Shown one piece after another: positions 15,201-27,214 of a DNA stretch of 64,000 nt. The notes under the pieces are model-generated. The model searched no databases. It was not told where the DNA came from and saw only the letters and a list, made by a program, of their open reading frames with translations. This DNA comes from Eledone cirrhosa (taxonomy: Eukaryota): contig OZ024743.1 in NCBI GenBank assembly GCA_964016885.1, positions 3,224,001 through 3,288,000 on the forward strand, written 5' to 3'. Numbering within the stretch: position 1 is the stretch's first letter; the number at the start of each line of letters is the position of its first letter. The position numbers and the translations under genes were made by a program.

Positions 15201-18200
15201 ATGGTAGTGAGACCTGGGCGCTGTCTGTGGAAGACTTGCGTAGATTAGAAAGAAACGAAGCCTGCATGCTCCGATGGATGTGTAATAGTAATATACGTGA
15301 ACGACAAAGCATAAAATAATTGAGAGAGAGACTGAGCATAAGAGGAATCAAATGCTGTGTGCAGGAGAGGTGGTTGCGTTGGTAAGGTCATGTGATGCGT
15401 ATGAAGGATGACAGGTGCATAAAAAGGTGCAGAGCACTAGAAGTTGATGGAAATTGCGGAGTGGGGAGACCCAAGAAGACCTGGGATGAGGTGATAAAAG
15501 CTGACCTTACCCATGGCGAGTGTTTTCGCATATGCTTGTGTATGTACGTATATGGATGCATGTATGTATTTATTTAATTTCAATTACCTCTGTATTTTAT
15601 TTACTTTATTCTTAACTCTGAAGCCGAGAATCATTCGGTTACCTAGTTAGAATTTTAGTTTACGACTTCAGTTATACCATTTACGTGGTTTTGTCATTGT
15701 GTGCAATTGTTCTCCCCGCTCCACATATGACGTATTATCTACGTTTTTTTCCGTTCATTGCCAGAGAACGTCTCTATGAACCACCTAATAGAATATTAGG
15801 CTACGACTTCTTTTATACCATAAACGTGGTTTCGTCTTTGTGTAATTGTTTTTCACCGCTCCAAATAATGACGTATTATATTCGTCTTTTCCCGTTCTTT
15901 GCCAGGGAACGTTTCCACAAACCAAAGTATCGTCTTCCTGTCTTCCTCCGGTTGCAACGTTTTTTGAAATATTCACTTCTGCGTTCACAGATTGACTTTG
16001 TTAGTTTCAGAAGATCCCGTTAAGGGTGAAAGCAGCGATTCTTTGCTTAAACTTTAATCTGTTATTTTAATAAATATTTGCTCTACGGTTCTTATATATT
16101 TATCCTTATCGAACCCTCTTTGGATTTTAGTCTTCAAATTTACTATTATTACTATATATATATATATATATATACCTATACATTGAAGGCGCATGGCTGA
16201 GTGGTTAGAAAATTGGATTCACAATCTTGAGGCTGTGAGTTCGATTCTTGGACCGGGTGATGCGTTATGTCCTTGAGCAAGACACTTTATTTCACGTTGC
16301 TCCGTCTACCTGGAGTTGCGACTGATCGATAGTATTAGCAACTGGAAAGACCGACGAAAACATTGTTTGCTCGGTACGATTTGACGAAAGTCTATCGATC
16401 TTTCTTATACATATGCATACTTATATATATATATATATATAGCTGAGGTTGTCAGTAAGAGTTCTTCATTTCTGTAAGTAGCTAGTCTCATCATCTCTGT
16501 ACCCCCAACACCCACCCCTATTCTAAATACCATCACATTTGCCTTACACACATATTTGTCACCGTTCCTTAAACTCCTTCGCACCACCATCTATGGTCAC
16601 AACTCATGACTTCATATCTGCCTTCCCTCCTCCTCTCTCATACAGCAGCCAAGTCAATGATCAACAGCAACCTTAGGGTTGGTGCCACGATAAAACACAC
16701 CCAGTACACTCTGTAAAGTGATTGGTGTTAGGGAGGGTATCCAGCCATTGCAACCTCCTTAATGTTGGCGCCATGATAAAAGGCACCCATTATACTCTGT
16801 AAAGTGTAGGAACATACATCAGCACTATCACTTTACATGGTGGACTGGGTGCTTTTCATCAGGGCACCAGCACTACCACCTTACAGGGTGGTCTGGGTGC
16901 TTTTCATCAGGGCACCAGCACTACCACCTTACAGGGTGGTCTGGGTGCTTTTCATTGTGCCACCAGCAGTACCACCTTACAGGGTGGTCTTGGTGATACC
17001 AGCACTACCACCTTACAGGGTGGTCTGGGTGCTTTTCATTGTGGCACCAGCATTACCACCTTACAGGGTGGTCTGGGTGCTTTTCATTGTGGCACCAGCA
17101 CTACCACCTTACAGGGTGGTCTTGGTGCTTTTCATTGTGGCATCAGCACTACCACCTTACAGGGTGGTCTTGGTGCTTTTCATTGTGGCATCAGCACTAC
17201 CACCTTACAGGGTGGTCTTGGTGATTTTCATTGTGGCATCAGCACTACCACCTTACAAGGTGGTCTTGGTGCTTTTCATTGTGGCATCAGCACTACCACC
17301 TTACAGGGTGGTCTTGGTGCTTTTCATTGTGGCACCAGCACTACCACCTTACAGGGTGGTCTTGGTGCTTTTCATTGTGGCATCAGCACTACCACCTTAC
17401 AGGGTGGTCTTGGTGCTTTTCATTGTGGCATCAGCACTACCACCTTACAGGGTGGTCTTGGTGATTTTCATTGTGATATCAGCACTACCACCTTACAGGG
17501 TGGTCTGGGTGCGTTTCATTGTGGCATCAGCACTACCACCTTACAGGGTGGTCTGGATGCTTTTGTTGTGGCACCAGCACTACCACCTTACAGGATGGTC
17601 TGGGTGCTTTTCATCGTTGCACCAGCACTACCACCTGACAGGGTGGTCTGGGTGTTTTTGTTGTGGCACCAGCACTACCACTTTACAGGGTGGATTAGGT
17701 GTTTTTATCATGGCACTAGCACTATCACTTTACAGAGTGGACTGGGTGCTTATTAATAACAGAGTACTGGACCTGTCATACCTTTCTTTTGACATCAGTA
17801 ATAGCTTGTTTCACTGAATGAGAAACACCAAGAGAAGAGTAACTGTTTCTGGAGTCAACCAGTTTTGATGATGGCTCAGTTTGCTTGATATTCCACTCAG
17901 TAGTTTCCAATCCAGAAAGATCTTCAGATAACCTGTAATAAAATTTCCAATGGTATTTAAATAACAGGAATTTCCATTCCATATTAATGTGAGGAATGAA
18001 AGGGTGGGGTGGGGGCTATAGATGTTTTTTTTTATGAATTAAAAGTCCAAATCTTTGAGATAATTTGCTATTAATATGATTAAGATTATAACTTTGCAAA
18101 CTATTAAACTCAGCTTTAGAGATGAAAATTTGTCAAATATTTATATCTACACTATTTCTACTGGTTACATCCCCAGTAAATATCCAGTGTTATTTATATT

Positions 18201-21200
18201 TACACTGTTTTGATTGAAATATAGCACCTGGTGATGTTCAAAATTCAAACTGCAAATATGTAAATATTTTAAAAAATTATGATTTTAATAGACCGAAAAA
18301 TTTTGTCTAAATGTTTATAAATTCCTTAAAAACCATTTCTAACAAGAACCCAAGTACATATTATTACACACAGGAACTTGTGGTAAATTTAATTGCACAA
18401 CTATGATTAATTGTAAATTTAATGATATTACCCTTTTTTTCCAGAGACAGGGGGGCAAGATTTGAAATCAGAACACACAGTAAGAACAGATACAAGGCAT
18501 TTCCATCCAATGCTCTAACGATTCCACCAATCTCTTGCTCTGGGCTGGAACTTTCCTTAGTTGACTTTTGCAGGATTCAAAGTCAGTGTAGAAAGCCAGA
18601 ACTCTAATGACTCAGTCAAGCCCATACCTTAATTTCACAGGTGTCCCTAACATAGCAAAATTCAAGTGAAATGAAGAACACTCATGTACTCAACTAACGA
18701 TAGCCAGAGGTCCAATTAATTGTTTTTTTTTATTTAATGCTTCAGGTGAAAACAAATGAAAAAATAAAAGATATTGTCTTACATGATATTCTTCTGATCT
18801 GAATCATGAGGATTGACCAATGTCTGGTGAATACAATTCTCAGCAGCAGCCCTCAGGATCTTCATGGCTTCTTCTTCAGTATTCAGAACTAAAGTTCAAA
18901 TACAAAATTAAAAAAAGTACCATAACCATGATATACAAGGATAAATCTATCTGTTGAAGAGTATTAAGTTGTTCAAGCAACTATACTTACATGTTAATTA
19001 AATAAGCATGTAAGTAGCTTAGTATTCCACAGACACATGTACCCTTAACTTAACACTCAGGAAGAATCCGTAGTGACATAATGCATGACAAAGTTGGAGC
19101 TTTGAATTGCAGGTACAATCCAGCTGATGGCCTTTCAGTTTCTCTCCATCAATTTTCACTTACAATACTTGCATCTATCCAAGGATAAAAGACACTTGCA
19201 CAAGATACCAAGCAGTGAGATTGAACCTAGGACCTTGTAATTACAAAGCAAATTTCTTAACTATTTGGCCATGCTGTGACCATAAGAATACATTTAGGAT
19301 AAATAGACAAGGATAGACAGCAATAAATGAAAGTCAAAATTAATTCTTTTTTATGTTTTACATAGAAGCTTCAAGACTAAATATTAGTGTCTTTGTTTTA
19401 AAAATAAAATTTTCAGTTATGAATTGTTTGAACTTTTGTCATTATTGCTGTATGTTCAACATACAAAGAAAATAGCTGTTGATAATGCAAAGAAGAAATA
19501 TATTAACCTCACAGGAAATACATTAAAACGTGATACACAAAGCACCCAATCCCTTTAGGTCAAAAGATAGAATCTACACCATCTCCCTCTCCCAATACAT
19601 CTGGAATGTAGAGAGATAGCAAAATTACTCATTTAATCCTACTGGAGACAACTTCACTAGTGCTGTTGGTATGATAAAATATACGCAAACCATACTATAA
19701 AGTGGTTGGTGATTGAAAGAGCATCAAGTAGTAGAAACTATGCAAATAAAAGCAGTTGTCTTTGTTGCTGTACCAGATCACAAAGGTTTGCAACAAAAGG
19801 TAAGATGTTTCGAAGAGTTATCCAACCCATGCAATAAAGGATGAAAAAATGATAATATATTTATCACAGTCGTACAAGAATATTAATTTAAACATGTAAA
19901 TATTGTCAATTAAACTGATCTCAATATATGGCTGGAGTATATATTATAAATTCTGGAGAGATGAAACAGACAGGATTTGAAATTTTAATTCAGAATGTAC
20001 AGATGTATTACTAAATACTAACAGACATATTTAGTTTGGTATTCCATTATTTCTGACATGTTTCTTGCTCAAGCCCAAATCAGTTCTGTATGAGCAAGAC
20101 ATGATCACCTAACCTAGCATTGCCAACAATAGGACAACTCATCTAACCCATGCTAGTGTGGAAAATGGACATATAACAGTGATGATGCTGATGATTCGTG
20201 AAACTTTGTTGAGTATAATTATTTATATTACAATATTTTCTACATCAATTTGTCAATGGTGTATACAATAAAAAGTTGAAACAAATGTATTTTTTTCTAA
20301 ATGTGAATCATTATAAAGGAAAGGAATTGAGAAGGTTATTAAATGTTGAAAATACCCAGCATTACAGAACACTTTGAGATACACTGATTTGACACAAAAT
20401 AATTATAAAAATTATTTATAAAAAAAATAGTTAAAAAGCAAACAAGACAAAAACATGCACATATCTAGTTAGTAACACACTTGTTTTAGAATCTATAGAT
20501 CTTTCAGTTTGTGATTGATTCTCTCTAGGCATCAGCAATAAATTCCTGGGTGGTGAATGTGGAATCATCTTGAAGTCCATGAGCTGAAAAAGAAAGAAAA
20601 AAAATAGAATTTGGAAAATAGAATAATTTACAATGAAATAACAAAATGCTAAGAAAAATCTATTCTGACAATTCAATATGAGAACAATACAAATATAAGC
20701 CAAAAATAAAAGTTTCTAGCATTGGTACAAGGCCAGTAATTTTGGGGTACTTTATTGGAACTATATTTTACCAACCCTGAAAAGATGGAAGGCAAAGCTG
20801 GCCTTGGCAGGATTTCAGCTGAGAACATGAACTGTAACTAAATGCTATAAAGTATTGTCTGACACTAATGATTCCACCAATCCATCACCCTAATATAAAG
20901 CCATATTAATGAAATACCATCACAGAGAAATACAATAACAAGCATTTTAAGGCTATTTTCCCCTGCTAAAGTAGAAGCTTTGGGGCTTCTTTGAAAGGCT
21001 TTGTGATTATGATAGGCTCTCATTTGAAGCATATTTTTACAGAAGGATGCACACCCTGGTGTCAATCCTTTTATAGACACCTCTTAGGACATATAGGAAT
21101 ATGGTGTACCTATTCTAAACTGGATGCACACAGCATCTCAGAGTAATATCGAAGTTAATAATTACCTCAAATCCACATCTTCGAATTAACCCATTTGTGA

Positions 21201-24200
21201 TCATATTTCTAATGAAAAACTATCTTATATGTTTATTCAAATTCTTGATTATTTTAAAAATTAATTTAAGTTTAGAAAAAAAACTAATATTTTCATTAAT
21301 TTGGTGTGTGAGATAAAATTTATCAAAAGGTTCATATATAAAACAAAGATAAAAGGTTTTAATTTAAATATGAATTTTAAATGTATTTAAAAAAAATAAT
21401 ATGGCTAAAAAAAAATCTCCAACAAATTTTGTTGTTAACTTGCATGAAAGATAGAGCACAGGAAAAATGACAAAGCATTGGGACATGAGGAAGTATGTTG
21501 TGTATCATACACAAAGAGAAAGTGGACAATAAATTGACAATGAAATTAATAAACAAAATGCAGTGGTAAATGTAAATTACTACTCACAGAAGGTTTAGAA
21601 GCAACAGTATTTTCATTAAGTTTTTCTGTCAAGTATTTCACAGAGTCCTTTGACTGTTCTAAACTTTCTATCATTTCTCGTCTGTAAATTGATAAATAAA
21701 TTTAATAAGGCAAACGGGGGCAAAAATGAACTTCAGAAAATAAAAGAGAAAAGAACAATAATTGTAGTTCAGGTTTAAAGTTGATCTAATGATTTATTTA
21801 ACCCTGTAACATCCAAGACAACCCATCTCAGCCATTAGAAACACATTACTATACCTAACTTTGTTGTTAAGATAGCTTTGGTAGCAAGAAAACAACACAA
21901 AATTACACTGGGAGTCAATTTGTTCTAGTTGTTTCATGATTCCAATATGAATACGTTTATTAATTTAATATAAAAAAATAAAAAACGATTATATAGTAAG
22001 TAGAATTATTGCAATACATCCTAAGTATGTAAATGGGGGGATTTTGCAAAATCTAACAAACCCACCAACTTTTATCCAGCATAACCCCATATACAAAATG
22101 CTAGCTCCATACTGCTGATATAGAGAAATGGTGCACGTTGGCAAATCCATCTAAATAATAAAAAGCACTGAAAAAATGCTACTTTTTGTCAGACATGTAA
22201 TATGGTCAACTAAATCAATTCCAGTATATTACTAGTATTGATATAATTAACTCCAAAGACTTTGAATTGAAAATAGACAGGAACAATAACTAAATTCAGT
22301 GAGATGTTTAGTCACATGCTAATACTTTCCAGAAGGCAGTGAAGTGGCAGACTTGTTAGAAAGTCAGATACAATGTTTTGCAATATCCATTTCGGTTTTC
22401 TGCTCTCTAAGTTCAAATCCCACCAAGGACAACTTTGCTTTTCATCCATTCGAGGTTGATAAAAAAAGTACCAGTCAAGTACTGGGGTTGATTTTTCTAT
22501 ATCTCTATCTTACTTTCATTCTCTCACTTTCTATCCTTCTCTAGAAGAAATCTGCTGTATTCCGACCTGGAGAGGAGATGGGCTCTGCCAGGTTTTAAAA
22601 TATGCCCTAGATACACCGTATGTCAATGCAGCGCCCATATGACTCCCTCAGGAGTTATGAGTTCATACATACAATACATTCCAGTGCATCACTACTCTTG
22701 AATGTACAACCAATTCTTCCTTTTTAAAAAAAAAATAAAGATACACTGAATAATGTAGTCCTAAATGTTCCTTAACCGTTTAGCATTACTCTATATTTAC
22801 TATTGTAATTTCATGGAAAAGGATTTATCTCACAATATAGAATCTATGAGATTTTGATATTTATTTGTGGAACTATACCTTAACATCGGTATAAGTGGAC
22901 AGTTATGATCAGTTTGAACAAAAAGAGACGAGAGAATTCTGGTCAGATATGGCCAAATTAAATGTTAAAGGGTTAAGTGATAAGTTAGATAGATCTGCTT
23001 GATCAGGGTTGACATAGAGCAAAACAGTAACAAAAATGACTTAAATAGTGCTGCATGGAATCCAGTGAGATGAGAATTTCAGAGGAATTACAGACAGTAA
23101 TATGAAAAAAACAGAAAGACATTAAAAGAATCATACCTTAGCATTTCAATATTTTCAAGGAATTTATTGTGTTTTTTAGACAGCATTTCAAACTCACTGA
23201 TGCTTTCTTTACAATCACCAAAATCCACTAAATTGGGAAATAAACATATGTTTATAAGAACAAACAATGACAAGCAGAGTTATTTTGGATATACTATTAA
23301 CTCCTTAGAAGAAATTTTACATTTTCTAGGCTAATTCAAAATATGTAAAATTTGAAAATGTATATCAGAATGGGAAAGCCAGTATTCATATTTTCCAGTG
23401 CATTTGAGGATGGTGGGAGTGAGGGAGAAAAGCATCATTAAACTGGAGACCATGCCTGTGGTGGTGCTAAATTAAGTGTCAAATGAAGTCTAACAACCAA
23501 GCAGGCTGCATTGGAATTTGAACTCAAAATACAAAGAGCATCAACAAACACTGCAATGTACTAGTATGTACTAACAGTTGCACATATCTACTGTCCAGGA
23601 CCAGTATTTTATTTTATCAACCCTGAAAGGATGGAAAGCATAGCTGACATCAGTCGGATTTGAAATCAGAGCACAAAGACCCGGAAAATATACTTGGTCT
23701 ATTGACCAGAAAACTTGGGCAGATCTCAGAATGCTGAACCTCACAGAGGAGATAATAAAAGAACATGACAGATGGTGCGAAAGCTGTGCGGGAGGAGTTG
23801 TCCTGTCCAAACAAGCATGGAAAGGTGGATGTAAAAATGATGATGATGATGATGATATCATCATTTTATACCCTCTTTTTCATGCTAGCATGGGTTGGAG
23901 TCGTTACAGAGCTAATCAGTACTTAATCTGAGTTACTATCCTCCTAGATCAGCCAACGGTCACATCGCACATGTTACAGTTTTAGGAGGGTTTCTATATC
24001 TGGAAGTCCTTCCTAAGGCGAATCACTATACAGAGTGTACTGGGTGCATTGCTCTGTGACACCAGCACTAGGTAGGATGTCATGTCCTTGGCATAACTGT
24101 AGTCTTCTCAAACCCACTTTATTTGGTATAGATTCTTCTGCTGGATGCCTTTCCAAACAGCAACCACTTTACTAAGTGTATTGGGTGCATTTTATCATCA

Positions 24201-27183
24201 TACCAGCACTAGAAAGGATGTCAAGTCATTGACTTCACTGAAGGGCCCTCTCTGCTTTAAGTTGTTACAGGTAAAGAGAGTAGAGAGTACATTTTATAAG
24301 AGCACCATCACAATACTGGGGTGGGGCTTTATTCCAATGTGGAGGTATTAGTAACGGGAGGGTTCAGATGGAACTGTGATGAATGAGGAGTATGGTGTGG
24401 GTGAAACAAAGTGGCAGGGAAATGGGATTAATGTCCGACACACTGGATGTTCACAGTGATGACGAGATAGTAATAAGGAACTGTTGATAGGAAGAATACC
24501 TGAAGAATGCTCTAGAAACCTTGTCTAAACTGGAACGTATGTAAGCAAAACATGGGTTCCAGCCCCTCTGGGATGGCAGTAACTCCATTTATGTACTCAC
24601 TTGGTTTGTGATGACCAGTCCATCACATGCCAGCATGGAGGAATAGACATTAAATGATGAGAGAATACACATACACATACACTCACAAGAACAATGATCA
24701 CTTACTTGATAGAAATTTTTCATAATACATTTGTAAGCTCAGGTTGGAGAATTTAATTAAACTGAAAAGAGAGAGAGAGAATGCAAAAATTAAATTAATA
24801 AAATGTTTACATCCTCTTATAATACATATACAAAACATTAGATCAAATGTCAACATTGTAACATATTTCAACAATATCAATCATGTTTTTTAATAATTGC
24901 TCCATACAATATGCAAATGTACAAATAGTTTACAAACACTACTACACCCATACTAGCATGGATAAACTGTTTAACCCTTTCATCATTAATAGAAACACAG
25001 TGTTAATAGGTTAAATATAGTTAAACCCATGCTAGCGTGGAAGATAGACATTAAACGATGATGATGATGATGATGATGATAGTTACATTTTCAGCACATC
25101 TGCTCTCAAACCTCACTATTTCATGTTAAAAAGGTCATCTTACCTAACAATATCCAATTTTCCTTCTCTGTAGAGACTACTAATTTTTCTCTAGAAGAAT
25201 GAAGAGGAAAAAAAAATATATTTATAAATAAAAGTAAAACATAAAATTATTGGCAAAAATATATATAAGGGTCTCATGCAAGCATTAAGGCCAGGTCTCC
25301 AGTTTCAGGATACCTTCAATACATTTCCTACCAGCAACAAAGGCCCTGAAAAGGGTTATGGGCAATCTACTTCCTACTGAATAAGCAATAAAAAACAGGG
25401 TTTTCTAATCAAATCATCACTTAGATAAGACAAATCAGTATATTTTTCCAAAATTTCAGAGATGTATTCTCAACAGCAAGATAGGAGTATATTGCCAGAA
25501 AAAAACAAAAAAAACTATACTGGATTTGAACACATAACCCATGAAATAACCTAATACTTTATCCATATGACTATTTCAGATAAACATTAAACTCATAATA
25601 AATAACCACTTTTTCTTCTTCCAATCATTATTAAATTAATCAGTCATAGATATAAAAGAGGATAGAATGTTTTCTTTTGTTTATGTGTGTTGAGATGGAG
25701 TTTCATAAGCCTCCTATGGAATAACGTGTTAGATGGAAAACATTTTTATATAGAAATCTCATAAAAACTACAAAATTTTAGAAGTGTATAAAATATGTGT
25801 AATTTACCTCTTGAATCTGTTGTTCTTTTGCCTGAATCAGATGATCTGGAATACTGGCATTAATTGTCTGTCTGTCAAGTTTGTGTTTACTCTCAAAACT
25901 TTCGATAACAGACTGGATAGTTTCTCTGTCAGCATCTTGAGAATGAATCTGATGAAGTATACCTTTCCATTTATCCTTGATCTGATGGAAAGTTTTTCAT
26001 AAAACACAAAACAAAACTGTGGTTGAGAGGACAATAGCGGTAGTGATAATGAATAGGAAAAATTATATCAAGATTAAAATCATGATTTTGTATGCGATGA
26101 TATTTAAGACATTATAAACACCAATTTGAAAGAAAAAAGTGAAACAGGTGAACTTGCTAAGTGACACTGAGTCTGTTTCACCTTTGTCTCAAATTGGTGA
26201 TTATAATGTTAACAGTTAATTCATGTGATATCTGTAGTTAAATAAAGCCATCATATGACCTTTAGAAAACATGTAGTGTATATATGTGTTGGTGTGTTGG
26301 GGGGTCAAACAGTACAGGTCACTTACCGGACTTATAACTTCATTACTTGGTTCAATTACACCTTCTGAATTTTCTTTAGCTCTAAGTGAAAGATTATAAA
26401 TAATTTAATTATACAAAAATGTATTTTGAATATGCAAACATATAAAGAACCAGATATTGTATATATGTGACTACATTTCTTCAACAATTTCTAACAATAT
26501 CCACCACTTGTCTTTGCTCTCCTCCATCCCTTTTCCTCCTGTTTTTTTCTTTCAGTAACAAATATGTAGCTACCCTCTTCTTACCCCTGCTCATGTTACC
26601 ACTTCTCTAGTGTTGATACCAAGATAAAATGCACACAGTATGCTCTATAAGTGATACAACAGGTACTACAATAAAATGTACCCACTACACTCTGTAAAAT
26701 GGCAGTGCTGGTGCCACAATAAAATGCACCCAGTATGCTCTGTAAAATGGTTGGCATCAGAAAGGAAGTTGTTCTGTGTGCATGTACCATGATAATGAGA
26801 GGAAACATCATAATTTTCCTCACTTGAATGAAGCTTATGATTGACTTCATACTCCTCACAGGATCCTTTTTGAGGCAATATTTTATAATCAAATGTCTTC
26901 CTGATGTCAACCTCTTTAATTAGCTCTTATAGCATGCAAGGATACAGTGTACTTATTCTAACTTGAAATCACAAAGATGAGATATATACATGCACATAGA
27001 CAGACAGAGATACACACACATACATTATATATATATAGTTCCACACTGTAAATGTGGTTGGTGTTAGAACGGGCATCCAGCTGTAAAATACTCGGCCAAA
27101 TTTACAGTCCCCGTCGGCCAGACTTGACGACTGTCTAACCCATGCAAGCATAGAAAAATGGACACTAATGGTGATGATGATAG

Positions 27184-27214
<31 letters not shown>

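Noticed and set aside
16324-16400. Structured segment closed by gatcgatag/ctatcgatc
   Set aside because: No known ribozyme core could be fitted; short stems may be chance or a repeat remnant
16837-17817. 326-aa repetitive ORF, and a CRISPR-like look of the array
   Set aside because: In-frame 48-bp minisatellite with no unique spacers and no cas genes, antisense within a HAUS6 intron
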